A stretch of DNA of 64,000 bases, taken from assembly GCA_016748015.1 (NCBI GenBank), contig JAAOMT010000495.1:136989-200988 (forward strand). The letters are read 5' to 3'. Numbering within the stretch: position 1 is the stretch's first letter; the number at the start of each line of letters is the position of its first letter. Under the pieces are notes generated by a model that saw only the letters and a program-made list of their open reading frames with translations, did no database searches and had not been told where the DNA came from. Of the stretch, positions 25,871-40,300 are shown piece by piece. The stretch is from Geosiphon pyriformis uo1 (Eukaryota > Fungi > Glomeromycota). The position numbers and the translations under genes were made by a program.

Positions 25871-26107
25871 AATTTTTAATTATATTGAATAAATATATTA
25901 TTTTTTTGGAAATATAATTTTGAATATTATTAAAAAAAAGACATATTGTATTGTATACAAAGAATTTTTTTCTCTCTTTTGTTCTAAATTCCCAAAAAGA
26001 GTTAAAAAGTTTTTTTGAAAGAAGTTTTTACCATTCAACACAATATTTTTAAACTGTTTTTGCTCGATTACAAGACCACCATTGGCTTTAGTATTGTTAT
26101 TCTGAAC

Positions 26108-27891
26108 ATGTCTATCATAGAGCCTGGTTTTAATGTTAGTGTCAAGTCTAATAAGTCTAAAAAGAAGAAAAAAAGTGGTGCTTTGAAGAATAATATAAGT
26201 AGTAGGAAAATTGCTATTGCTAAAATGTTAAGTGGTCGTTCATGAGGTTCTAAGACAGGTAATACTACTGAATCAGATAATATAGACATGAAAAAAGAGT
26301 TTTTGGTCAAGGAAACCAGTTTTGATTATGGTGAAGATAGTGCTACTGCTGGTAGAGACTTAAAACAAACTCCTAAAAGCTCAAAGATTCAAACTAAGAG
26401 AGCACTTGGCAAATTGCTGAGAAAGATTAATTTTTTGGGTAATAGTAATAATAACATTCTTTTGGACAAACTTGTGGTTTTCCCCTCCCCTTTGAAAAAT
26501 TTGATCAATGTTTTGGTTGGAAAATCTTTCACTCTGGACATCAGTTTGAACAATGTTGTTAAGAAATCCACTCAGAAAAAGCTTGTGGGGGTCAGAAAAC
26601 TATTTTCAAAAGTGAATGGTTTTGGGAAGGCCTTTATTCCCTCAAAATTTGCTGGAATTGTCAGAGCAATATTTACTTTTGAACTGAGTTTAATGAAAGC
26701 TACCAAGTTGGCTACTAATGTGAAGATCCTAGTGAATACTGATCTTAAGAAATCTTTTGGGCATTCAGATCAGGCTGTGGTGGTGAAAAAATTCCTGTTG
26801 GAATATTAGTTGAGACTGTACATGCTGCACTTTTCGAATTTGGGATGATTAAGTCAGTCAAGATGCAACTTATGGGCCTATGGCAGAAAGCAATTGTCAA
26901 ATTTGAAGATCAGAATTAGGCTGATTTTTTGGCTTCTAGATGGTTCATCCTCATTGGGAAAGATACTGTTCATGTGGTCAGAGCCAATCTTGATAAACAA
27001 ATGTGGGACTTTAGGGATCTGCATAAGGCACTGCTTTATACTCTTCCTGTGGGAACCAATGCTCATGATATCTGGGATTATATTGGCTCTGTGGATGGAA
27101 AGACTTGCATGATTGATTGTCATCCAGTCACATATGCTTAAGTCAGGTGTGCTATTGTTTGTTTTGGGTCAGCTAAATCATTGAATGCTGTCATGGGTAC
27201 CACTTCTGTGTTAAAAGGTGCTCATCTTTGTTGGTCTTATCTTGGTTCTGCTGTGTGTGCAAAGTGTGATAAGATGGATCACACTTCTCTAAGCTGTTCT
27301 TCTGGTGGAAAGATTTTTTCTGGTAGCTTGTCATGTCGAGTTCTTTCAGATGCAGATAAAAACAGACTGGTGGCCATTTATGCCAAACATTTGGTACCAG
27401 TTTCTTATTCTGTCTCCTTTGGTGGTGTTTTATGGGCCAAGATTGTTGTTGGGTCTTTCTTTCTCCTTTTTCCTGTTCGAAATGTTTTGTTAAATGATGG
27501 CTTCTTTTCGGAGATGAAGCCTACCCCACATGTGTCTCCAGTATTGAATAATAGGTTTGCTGCTCTTGAGTGCAGTCTTGTCAGCCTCGCAGAGTGCATG
27601 GATGAACTGGCTAAGAGGTTGGACGCACTTGGGCCAACAGTTTCTCAGCTTAGTCCTGGATGTCAGCCATTGGTGACCTCTTCATTACAGAATTAAGGGG
27701 TGAATATAGTGATGAGTGAGAGTTTGGGTGTGGCCACTGGTGGTAAGACTGTTGCGAGAGTGATGGTTTTTAATCCTACAGTTATATCAAAAATGGAGGA
27801 AATATTGAACAATCTTTCGATCACAGTTATGAGCCTTTCAGCTAAAATGGACAATACTGGTTTGGTTCCTGCTATTCATTCTTCTCAATGA
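26108..27891 (+). pseudogene. LINE E2 ORF1
   Basis: RRM-like segment and zinc knuckle CAKCDKMDHTSLSC; several premature stops. Confidence 0.88.
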
Positions 27892-30800
27892 TAGATTTGG
27901 TTTGGAAAATTGCTACATGCAATATTTGAGGTATCAATGTTCCTACTAAGTAGGAAGATGTTGTCTGTTGGCATAGAAAATCAGGAAATTTGATCTCAAT
28001 TGTTATAGAAACAAAATTGAGGTTTAGCTGTAGGCCATGGATTAAGAATAGGTTTGATAGTGTTCGGGTTTTCCCTTCTAGTTTGGATGCAGGTTTTTCT
28101 GGTGCTGGGATAGCCATAATTATGAACATCTCTCTGGCTTATCATGTGTGTAAAATTTCTGAAATGCCTGGTTGGCTCCTTTCTATCAAGTTGCTTTTCA
28201 AAAATAAGTTGTCAGTGTTGATTTTGAGACTTTATGCTGGTGCTTTCCTGGCTGTTTGTTTCACTCAAGCAGGTGAAGTCAACTCTTTGATTGCAAAGAC
28301 TGTAAATGAGTTCTCTTTTGTTATCTTGGGTGGTAATTTCAATAAAGATGGATCTCACAAATACACTAGTTTTAAGAAATACTCTGATTTTGGTCTGGTC
28401 AATTCTTTGGGTGGGAACTTATTCGTAAGGGTACCAACATGAAACAATTCTCAGAATGTCTCAAAAATGATTGATTATGTGTTTGTTTCTTCAAGTTTGG
28501 CTAATGCAGTTGTGCATCATGGTGTTTTGGATATTAGTGAACATTTTGACACTGATCATCAAGCTGTTTCTGTGTCTGTGAGTTTGGGTGGCTTGTTGGA
28601 TGTGCAGTTGAATTTTTTTCACAAGCAAGCAAATAAGGATCATTGGAAGTTCAATTTTAAGGGTGCTAATAATGCAATGTAGACTAAATTTAAGAATGCT
28701 TCAGCAGCTAATGCCACCATGTTCTCTGATGATTTTATTGCTTCTAAGTAATTCTCAGATTTGGATATAATGTGGGATGCTGTTTGCAAGTCTGTTACAT
28801 TGTCAGCTAGTGAAATATTCAAAAAAAAATGGTTTAAGGACTCTGGTCACATTTTTACTAAAGAATTTTCAAAGTTTCATAAATTAGAACTTTTGGTTTC
28901 AAAGATTGTTAGGGCTTTTCATGGAGCTGATGTTAATGGTTTTGTTTCTTTTATGAAGTGTTAGTGTTCTCTGAACAGTACTAAGGCTTTGGTTATTCAG
29001 AATTTAGTGAACTCTGGTGCAACTTTTAATCATGTTTGTTCAGCTTTCTGTATTATCAGAAAATCTTATTGTGCACTGAAATGTGTGGAATCTCTAAGAG
29101 CCAAGAAAGCAAACATCAAGTCTGCCATAGATAAAAGAATGGAGAGCTTTGAAATAAATAAGAGTCATACTATTAGAAGTGTGTTGAAGTGTCCATTTCA
29201 CAAGGTAGTGCTTGACCATCTGGTTGTTAATAATGAGCTGGTTCTAGAGCCTGGTTTGGTTAAATTTAAAGTAGATGCAATTATGGAGAGTTGAATTCGA
29301 AAACATCAGACTGTCCCTAATGTTTCTAGTGAATGGCATTGTTAGTATTAGCCTTTAGAATATGTTTTTAATAGAGCTTTTTCTGGTGTAATGTGTTCAA
29401 TTGGATTTGATAAATTTTTTGGAGTGGTATCTAATCTGCCTGATGGCAAAGCTGCCAGTTTCTCAGGTATCTCGAATAAACTTTGAAAGCATTGTGATAA
29501 ATTTGTTTTGGACATGCTTTTGGTACTTTTAAATTCATGTCTGGTTGATGGATCTGTACCCAGTTCTTGGAAAGAGACTTGGGTCTCAATGATTCTCAAA
29601 CCTTATGAGTGGAAGGGAGTTCTGACAAATACTCATCTCATTACTTTGATTGAGACAACTTGTAAGATTCTTTCCAAGATTTTCTCTGATAGAATCTTCT
29701 CAGCTTGTAGTACTTTTGATGTTCTTTGTGGTGATAATTTTTCAGTTTTAAAAAGCACGGCAACTTAATCTCCAATTTTTGCAATTGAGTCAGTCATTAA
29801 AAATGCTTTGAAGAAAGACTGGAAGTTTTGGCTAGTTCTCCAGAACATGCAGAAGGCATATAATTTGGTGGGCTGGGAACATCTTGAGAAAAGTTTAGTT
29901 AGAATTAAGATGTGTGACAAATTCATTCAATTTTTTGGTAGTATCCATAGAGATCATACCAACTGAATTATAATGAACTTTGGTTTGATAGATGGTTATC
30001 ATGTACATGATAGACTGGATTAAGGAGAGGTTTTTCTCTCCTTTTGTGGCATATATTTTATGACCCCCTGTTGTGTGAAGTCAAATGTTAAGAGAGTGTG
30101 TATGAATATAAAATCAATTCTCACTTTATTTTCAGAAGTGGTTGTGCTGAATCTCAGGCTGGATTTTCTTTCTTTCTTGCTGCTAACACCTTTGTTGACA
30201 ATACAATTTGGGTTGGCAGCAGTCAGAATGCTACCCAACACATTCTTAATGTTGCTAGTGAATTTTTTTGGATTAATGACATTTCAATTAATAATGATAA
30301 AACTGTGGCCATTCCTATCAATAGTAGAGTCAGCCACTCATCTCTTTTTATCAGTAGTTTGCCTATTTCTGTAGTCTGTAAAGGAGAATCTCATCAGTAT
30401 CTTGGTATTTTTCTGTCGACTGAAAGTCTTTCTAAGCCTAATTTGACTAAAGCACACTCAGATGTTCGTTTCTTCACTAATTTGGTCTTGAAAAAGGCTG
30501 TTTCAGATAAGCAGTTTTTGTATCTGGTTTCGGTAGTTCTCTATTCTATAGTTGGCTATAGAACACAGTTTAGCTTTGTTCTTATTAATGTTTGCAACAA
30601 GTGGGATGCTTTAATTCACAAAAGCTTAAAGCTGAAATCTGGTCTTCTGCTTGATTTTCCTGGTGATACAATTTACCATCCTTTTTTTTATGGTTTGAAG
30701 TCCTTTTTACAATGTCAATCTGAGAGTAAGATTGCTTCACTTATCAGCTTTGTAAACTCTGGTGGAATTCTGGGTCATTTGTTCAGCCACAGGCCTCATG

Positions 30801-32566
30801 ACTTGCAAGTTCTATGTTGGTGCCCTCTCTATTCATTGAGTTCTTCTGCTCGTATTCGTGTCAGTGCTTCTAATAATTTTTTGTCAGGTATGGTTTACAT
30901 TCTTCATGACTGCAATTTGTCTTTAGGTGGTTCTTTGGCCAGCTCTTTTTGACTTCGTGATGGGGTGCCTATGTCTACTGTTCTGGAAAAGTCTTTGTTT
31001 TTCAAGTTTTTGTCTTCTTTCCAGCATTATGGCATAGTCTTTGTGGATCAGCTTCATGATCATTATGGTGATGTCTTTAACTGGTGCACTTTTAAGCAGT
31101 GGAAGAAACTGGATCTTTGTGGGCCAGTTCCTGATTGGTTCAAGCTCTCTGTTGCATTTTTCATTGGTCCACCCCCTTTTTCTTCAGCTTTGGATAGTGT
31201 TGGCTCTTTGAATGTTTGTGAGTTCAGTGATTTTGTGTCCATCTACGATCATCTTTCTCAGGTTGGGTCTAATAGTCTGTCTGTTTATACAGATAGTTCT
31301 CTCAAGAATTTGGACATGATTGGTTGTTAGGCTGATGCTGCTGCCTTTTTTAAGGACATTAATTTGGGTTTGGGTGTCAGTGTTTATGGTTTGGTATCAT
31401 CTACTTTGGCAGAGTTACAGGCTATCATCTTGGCTCTGGAGTATATACTCAGGTCTTGCTCTGTTTGCTTGTTTTCAGATAGTCAAGCTGCTTTGGATGC
31501 TTGTAAATCAGAGATAAATCTAATGCATTCTGACTTTTGCAATCAGTGTTGGGTCGAGTATTGGCATATCAGTAGTATTATTCACAGCAAGAACTTGGAA
31601 GTCACTTGGTACAAAGTCAAGAGCCACTTTGGCATTTTGAAGAATGACTGTGCTAACAGTCTTGCTGACACTGCTTCTCTCTTTGGGTGATTCTTTTCTC
31701 TTTGCATTGATGAACATTTTTTGGTGGCCAATAGTGGTACAGTTTTTGGTAATTCTAGGCACTTTGTTTGGGATGTGTTTTGTGCTGTTTGTCGTGTACA
31801 TTGAGAGGTTGGTTCTGGTTCTGGTTTTTTAGCAAGTGGTTTGCTTTCAGATGTCAATTGGCTCAGCTCTTCTTAGGTATGGCACCCTAATTTGCATATG
31901 GTCGCAGGTTTTATCAACAGGCACATTGTTGATATTCATACTTACTTTATGAAGACTTTGCACTATTGGCTTTCCATAGCTGTTTGAAAATGTCTTTATA
32001 ATAAGTGTTATCTCAGTGTTCTATGCTTGTATTGTGGGGAGATAGAAATGTCTGATCATGTGTTTTCTTACATGATCAATATTTCTGCTTGTCACAAGAT
32101 TTTGGAGTCCTGTGTATTCTTTTGAAGAAGACTTTCTGGTCATTCTCTTCCTTTTTTGAGTGTTTTACAGCTGTTGTTGGTCTGTGCTTCAGATTTTTTG
32201 GTGTTCTCAGCTTTTTTCAAGGGTTTTGTTTTCAATGGGTGGTTTTTGGAGACTGTTTCTGTCTTCCATAACTCCAAAGTAGCTAAGATTAAAGTTGCTG
32301 AATTGGTATGCTCTCTTTATTTTGCTTTTAGAAATGACATTTGAATAGTTCGTGCTAAGTATTGCACCTTCATGGAAAAACATGAACTGATCCCAATAAA
32401 TGGTTCAGCTTCTGTCTCAGTTTCTGGTTCAGCTTTGAAGTTTTCAGCTGGTGTGGTTAAATTGCTTGGAATTTCTGAGGCTTTTGGTGTCCATTTTGGC
32501 TTTCGTAAATCTTGTTTGTTTTTTTCAGGTGTTGGTATCTCAGTTTCAGTTAATATAACTACATAG
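27888..32566 (+). pseudogene. LINE E2 ORF2: APE endonuclease - reverse transcriptase - RNase H - CCHC
   Basis: APE (ETKL, GGNFN, IDYVFV, TDH); RT (KPYEW, GDNFSVLK, FVDN for FVDD, YLGIFL); RNase H (VYTDSSL, AELQAI, FSDSQAA, KVKSH...NDCAN); C-terminal CLYC...DH. Many in-frame stops. Confidence 0.93.
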
Positions 32567-33514
32567 TGTTGTTCTGACTGGTTTGAGTGACTGGTCATGT
32601 GTAGTAAATGCATGATTCATGCTTAGTTTAGATCATTTCTTTGATGTATAGTTCTAAATAGTGTTTGGACTTTACTCATTAAGCATTTTAAAAAAAAAAA
32701 AAAACTATTAGAATTATTAACAAATATTAAATTATGTTTTTTTAATAAAACTTGACTTTTAACTTGGATAATTATATTCTTTTTTTATATTTTATAATCA
32801 TACTATAAACAAAATTTATTAGATAAAGCAAAACAAACTTGTTATTAGTAAAAATTAACTTAATTTTAAAAATTTAAGAACTAAATACAAAGCTTTTGTT
32901 TAAAGTCATATAAAAACTATAATTACAAGCACTTAAAACTAATAATTAAAAAATAATTAAAAAACTTAACACTATATTTGAAATAAATTTTTAATATTTT
33001 ATTTATTTATTTAGTAAATTTACTTAAACAATAGAATTAAAATTATAAATATTTTTTAATAATAATTAGAAGTTGTTTATATAAGCTTTTTAGCATATAA
33101 ATATAAAAACATATTAAAATATTATTAGTTAACTTTATTGTTATATGTAAATTAAAGTATTATACCAAAAAAAATAGCTTAATTAATATTATTATAGAAA
33201 GATATATTAATTATATATGCACTAAAACTTAATTTTTAAAAGATTTAATGAACAACTACTTAATAATTTAATAAAATAATGAGCATTACTTAAAATAACT
33301 TTGTTACTTATAACTAAAAACTGCTTTTTAATATTAAAAAGCAAAATCAGCTCAAAAAAATACAGTATTAACCAAATTATTAGCTTTTTTATTATTTAAA
33401 TATCAAAGTATTTTTTAATTTTAATATAATAATATTTAATCTAATATAAAACATAAAAATTTGGTTTAAATAAGTTTAATTTAATTTAATATATATTTAA
33501 AGTAGCTTAATTAT

Positions 33515-34394
33515 TGTTACTCATAGAATATAGGAAATATAGTATTATTAGTCAGTAGATATTAGCCAATCAGAGATAGATGTAGTAAAATGTGGAATTT
33601 CAAGATTTTTCTTAAAGGAATTACAAGATTTCAGAAATTTCAGAATTCTCTGGCAAGGAATCGCAGGATTCCAGAATTCCAGGATTCTTCTCATTAAAAA
33701 TTGCAGGATTCCAGGAATTCCAGGATTTCTGTTGTAAAGAATTAAGGAATTGAGGAATCTCAAATATGTATATATAGCAATAGTGGTAAAAGCAGAAAAA
33801 AAATAAGGACATTAAAAATTCTTAGCTTAGTTACCACAATTCTCAAATAAATAATTATTCATTCTATCAAATTCATTCTTCACTATCAACACTTCATGTT
33901 AATAGTAACTGATACTTAACCATACTGGAACAATAGCTCTTGATCATGACTATTAACAGAATACTAACTTGTAAATTGCCTTGGCTGATTTCTTATTTTC
34001 TCTTTTATTTTTATTTATTTTCTTTGTTGTCTACTAACTTGATTAAAGAATTTACTCTTGGAGGACTTACAGAGGAATAAACTTGCTTAAACAATACTTA
34101 CTCTTGAAGAACTTACAGAGGAACTGACATCAAGAAACAGCACTGGTATACACTTATGTAGGATATTGTACCAGAAGAATTATCAACCATCAAACTGAGC
34201 AAGCAATCAATAAAACTACAGTTTCAGGAAACTACTAATAAACTGTTACTATTGAATCTCTGTTCATTATACAAAGAACTCAATTGAAAAACCTTCAGAT
34301 AAAATATCTTCAGATTATCATCATCACCAATCACTTTGCACACCAAGTTATGGGTTTGTTACTTATTTAATACCCCAAAGACTCACCTGTAACA
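33515..34394 (+). mobile_element. Solo LTR of a Ty3/gypsy element (880 bp)
   Basis: Ends are TGTTAC...GTAACA. Flanks TTAT/CTAT form a 4-bp TSD with one C/T difference. Homologous to the LTRs at 57646, 59649 and 60666. No PBS or PPT adjacent. Confidence 0.88.
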
Positions 34395-37378
34395 CTATTT
34401 AAATACAGCATAATATTTACTAATAATAAGATATATTCAAGAATTAATACTATAACTTATAATTTGGTTAAAGTTAAAAACAAAAAACCATGAATTTTTA
34501 TATTAATTTTTTTATTAATATTTTTATTATAAATAATAATTTTACTTTAAACACAAAAAAAACCAAGATTTTTTACTAAATTATCTATAAAAACTATAAA
34601 ATTTAATGTATTAACATTTATTAATTTGAAATAAACAACAAAATTTTTTGAATTTAATATATTTAAACAAATTAGAAAACCACTTATTTCAAAAAAAAAT
34701 TAGTAAGATTATTAGCAATAATAAAATTAAAAATTAATTTAAATTATAAAAAAATTGGATTCTAAAAATCCAAATGTTTTTAATGTTAAAACTCTTTTCA
34801 TAAAAAACACATACTATGATAATTCAAAAGTTGATTAACAAAAATTATTCCAAAATGTCTAAAAGATTTAACAATTCTAAAATATTCTAATTAATTAAGA
34901 ATATTTAAAATTGAAATATTAAATTTATACTAAAAAGTATTAAATATATTGACAATAAGAAAAATTTTATAAGACAAAAAAAGATAAACAATATTAATAA
35001 AAAAATTATTATTAGAAAAAATCATAAATTTAACTAAATAATATAATAAATTATAAAAAGTTTAATTAAATATATGTAAATTCAAAAGTTTGTGCTTAAA
35101 TAATTTGTCTAATATCCTAAAAGTATTAACAAAAAGCATAATTAATACAATTTTTTTTTAGCTTAAACTAACTTAAATGGTTTTAAATTATAAAAAAAAG
35201 ATAATAAATAGTTTTATTTAGGAAATTTTGAGACAAATTTGTTTTTTATTTAAAATACTTTCTAATTAATTAATTTTATTAATTATAATAACTTCTAATA
35301 ATAAAGTTAATTTAAGTTTTATAACTCATAATAAGCTATAATACTACAGAAATTAGATATAAGAATTGTTTATTTAAAACAGCTTTATACAAAATTAATA
35401 ATATAAAAAACTTTTAATATTTTAATTTACTTTCTTAAAACTAAGACCAAAAAAATTTATAGTTGATAAAAATATTTTTAAGTATTTGTAAACTTTTTAG
35501 ACTTTGTAATAAAAACTAAAAAGCCACTAATATTTAAAATAATATCTTTGATCTTTATATTAATAAATATAATAACAATCTTATTTGTATTAATAATAAT
35601 ATTAGTAATATTAAAAAACTTATTTACTATGTTCAAAATATGCTAAATAATAGTATAACTGTTTTTAATTCAGATTGTATTATATATAAAAGCTTTTACT
35701 ATAAACTTAAAAATAAAATTTATATTAAATTTTATCTTATCAGTATATATTATAATTTTAAAGTCTATATAATAATTAAAAACAATATTTAATTTTATAC
35801 AAAAAAAGATTATAAAAAATATATTACAAAAAAAAAATCTTGTTCATATCTAATCTATTTTGTATTGTATATTTATTAATTAAGCCAAAATTTATTATTA
35901 TTTAATTAGTATAATCATTGTAAATAAAACCAAAAAATCAAATAAACTTATTACATATTTTAATTTTTTATAAATTTTTTTTAAGATGTTTTTAACTAAT
36001 AGAATTATATGCTTTATACATATTTTATAATACCAATTAAATCTTTTTACTTTTTTTTAAAGTATTTTATAATTAAATTAATAGTAAAAATAAAAAAATA
36101 TGTAAATATACTTCTTAAAACCAAAAAATTGTTACTTTAAACATCTGAAACATATTGTATACACTTAAAATACAATTAAAAATAATCTTAAATAAGATTT
36201 TTTTAGCTATTTTATTAAAACAATAAATCTAATTTTTATGATAAAATAATTACACAAAATAATTAATAATAGATTTAAAAACAATTTAGTATTAACAATA
36301 ATAAAAAATATATATATTTTTAGTAATAATATATAAAAAAACAAATATATATTAGTTATTTTGTATTTTTGATAAAAAATTTGAACACAAATTATTAAAA
36401 ATTTAATTTATAATATTTTGGTCAATTTTATTTAAAAATAATTTATTTATAAATATTAAATTTTTTATATTAATTTTGAATTTTAAATTTTAAATTTATA
36501 TTATGTTAAATTAAAATACAGTTTTATTCATCTTATAAAATAAGTAAATAAATTGACAAAAAAATTAAAATATATTTATGTTAATTTTTAGTCTTGTTTT
36601 AAATATAAATTATTAATAAATTTTTTAATTTTAATTAAAAAAATTTAATAAAAAAAAATTCAAATATATTTATTAATAACAAAATTATTAAGTTTTGGCT
36701 AAAAAAAATTAAATAATTATTAATTATAAATTTGATAAAATAAATTAACAATCTTAGTTTATTTCTAAAATTAAAAATTAAAAAACTATAATACAATATA
36801 CTAATATATAATACATATAATTATGTTTAATTTTAAATAAATTATTTAAAAATTAACTTAAAAAATATTTGTTAATAAGCAAATAATTTAATAGCTTAAT
36901 AAATATTTACAATTTAATTAAAATTAATTTTTTTCTGTATAACCAAAAATATATGTATATAGTAATTTCTAATTTATAAAAAAGATATTAAATAATAAAA
37001 CTACAAAAAATAATAAATATTTTTATTATTATTTAAAATATTAAAATTATTTACAAATTATTAATTTTTGTTTTTTTTTGGTTTTTTATCTTTAATTTCT
37101 TTTTTTTTAAAAAAAAATATTATTTATACTAAAAACAAAAATAATTATTCAGATGTTTAAAATTTTAACATAAAATTAAAAAAAATTATTTATAAAAGTC
37201 ATAAAAAAATATATAATTAAAAATATAAAAATATGTTAAATTTTTTTTTTTATTATTATCATTTTACGAGTGAGATCCAAACACTACTTAGTACTATACA
37301 TCATATAAATGATCTAAACTAGGTGTGAATCATGCATTTTTTATACATGACCAGCTATTCGGGCCAGTCAGGACAGCA

Positions 37379-40300
37379 CTACACACCTATATGTACAGAG
37401 ACTGCATCCCCAATACCCAAAAAAAATGAACAAAACTTACGAAACCCAAAACTAACCCCAAAAGCTTCAGCTACACTCAACAACCTAATCATACCAGGTG
37501 AAAATGCCAAAGACAAACCAGAAATTGATGCGGGAATGAATCCATCACGTAGAATCAAACCATGCCTCTCCATAAATGCCCAGTGTTTGGCATAAACCAA
37601 CCAGATATTATCCTGAAACACAAGACAAAACTCACATACAAAGCTCACAATCCTTTTAGTACCTTCCTTAGAATCTTTAAAAACCAAGACAGACTCATAA
37701 AACCAGTCATCAAAAACAAAGCCCTTACACAAAGCAACACCAATTCCAACCTCAGATATACAAGAAGCCAATATCTGCAAGACACATAAAGAAGAACAAG
37801 ATAGACCAGAAAGAGCCTCCCAAGCTAAAGCATGAGCATCCAACAAACAAGCATGGTCAGCGACATTATGAAGACACAAAAAGATGTGATCCGAGATCTC
37901 AACATCACCACAGAACAGACAGACCACACTGGAGTATCTCTTATCATATAAGCACTTGTGCACAGCAACAGGAAGCCGAAAATGAAGAGTTTTCATAAAG
38001 TAAATACGACAGCTTGCCGTGTGCATGCTGGTAAAACCAGAGGCCAAGTGAGAATCAGTGTGCCACACCAAAGAAGACTTAAACCAATTGATATTAGCAT
38101 ACAAACTAGCAGCCACAATGCAAAAACCAACTCCAACCTCCCAATGAGCACAATTAACTGATCAAAAAACATCATGAACAAAGTGTCTAGAATTACCAAA
38201 AACTGCCGCACCACCAGCACACAAAAAACATTTACTGACTAAATAAGGCAGATGCCAAGCAGATAGAGCAGCGTTTTTGGCAAGTGCATCAGCATGCTCA
38301 TTGCCTAAGACACCTAAATGACTTTTTATCTTAATCCAATTCACATCCAAATTTTTTTGACAAATGACAGTAGCAATGTGGTGACACTCGATCCAACAGC
38401 AGTTTTTGAAATCTGGATGAATCAACAAAGACTTCGACCTGTATGCATCCAAAGTGGCTTGGCTATCCGAAAACAAGTCAATTGAATGAGAAGATGAAAC
38501 ACACTCAAGGGCCAAAGCTATGGCTTGCAGCTCCGTCATAGTAGAAGAAACCAAACCAGACATCCCAACACCCAAACCCAAGTTAATGTCCTCAAAAAAA
38601 ATGGCAGCACCTGCTTTCATGTCAATAGTGCCCAGACCAGACAGAGACCTATCCGTATATACAGAAAGACGGGCAGCATCAACAGTCAACAGAGTATCAC
38701 AAACTACACCAAAGTCACAAAAAAGACAAACATCTAACACAGCATAACCATCCAACAAAGAAGAACTCAAGAAGAAGGGAACAACACCACCAAGAAAGTG
38801 AATGGAGAGATCAAACCAGAAAGGGATTGGACCACAAGAGTCTAGCCTCTTTCAACGCTTGAAGGTCCCCCAGCTGAAAACATTACCATCTCTGCCACAA
38901 AGTTGTTTCACAAAAGCAATCCCATAACACCTGAGCAAAGAGACACACTTGAAAAAACAGAGTTCACTAAGAATTAAGGACATAGGTGTACCGCACCGAT
39001 GGCAAAAAGCACAAGCCAAAGAGCCACCCAAAGACAAATCACACCCAGAAAAAATACGAACCACACCAGCCAAAAAATTGTTTGAGGGATTGACACCAAT
39101 ACAAAATGGAAATAGCAAAGAATGACGCGGATGCCAGCTGAAAACTTGAAGGTCATGAGACCTATAAGAAAAAAGATAACCCAAAATACCAGCAGAATTT
39201 GCAAAAGTAACAGCGGATGCCAATTTATTCTCAGTCTGAATCTGCTCAAAAGTCTTCAGACCATACAATAAGAGGTGATGCAGTACATTATTGGGGAAAT
39301 CACAGGGCAACCCAAACTTAGATTTCAAAATCTTGCATACCAGAGCATCCCATTTGTTACAAACACTCACAGAAATGAAACTGAACTGAATCCTATAGCT
39401 GATGATAGAAAAAAGAACCACAGACACCAAATACGCACATTGTTTATCAGAAACTGCCTTCCTCAAAACCAGATTCACAAAAAACTGCACATCCGCCTGG
39501 GCTTTAGCTAAACTGGGCTTCAAAAGACCCTCGGAAGATAAAAAAATGCTTAGATAATGATGAGATACCTCTTTCTTGGCAATAGAGATAGGCACACTAC
39601 TGATAGTTAAATAAAAGTCTGACACCTGGCAATTGATGGGGATGGCCACTATTTTGTCATTATTCACAGAAATATCATTAAACCTAAAAAACTCACTAAT
39701 AACATCAAGGATGCGCTGTGCAGCAGCCTGGCTGCTACCAATCCAAATAGTATCATCGACAAAAGCGCCAGCAGCAAAAAACAAAAACAGCCCAGTCCAA
39801 GAATCCACCTGGCCAGTTTTAGATATAAAATAAGAATTCAACCTGTAGCCATACACACTATCCTGTCTTTTGACTTCACACAAGAGTGAATCGTAGAATA
39901 TATGCCAGAAAAGAGGAGAGAAAACTTCTCCTTGGTCCAGCCCATCATGAACACAATACCCATCAGTCAAGCCAAAGTCAGTTATCACTCTGTTAATGCA
40001 ACCATTGTGAATGCTACCAAAAAATCTAACAAACTTATTACACATCTTAATTCTGACCAGACTTCTCCTAAGATGTTCCCAACCAACCAAGTCATAAGTC
40101 TTATGCATGTTTTGTAAAACCAGCCAGAGTTCTCAGTTTTTCTCCAGAGCATCTTCAATCACTGAACCTACAGCAAAAATGGGAGACTGTGTTGACGTAC
40201 TCTTTAAAACTGAAAAATTGTCCCTACGAAGAACATCAAAAGCACTGCAAGCCGAAAAAATCCTATCCAAGAGGATCTTGGAAAGAATCTTGCAGGCCAT

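Larger units (their letters stand above)
25965..32703 (+). mobile_element. Near full-length RNase H-containing LINE (E2), inactivated
   Basis: 5' UTR resembling those of E1 and E3, ORF1 at 26108-27891, ORF2 at 27888-32566, conserved 3' UTR at 32567-32685, poly(A) at 32690-32703. Confidence 0.95.

Noticed and set aside
34395-37240. Long AT-rich stretch, probably an eroded TE
   Set aside because: No motif could be recovered by eye; left unannotated.
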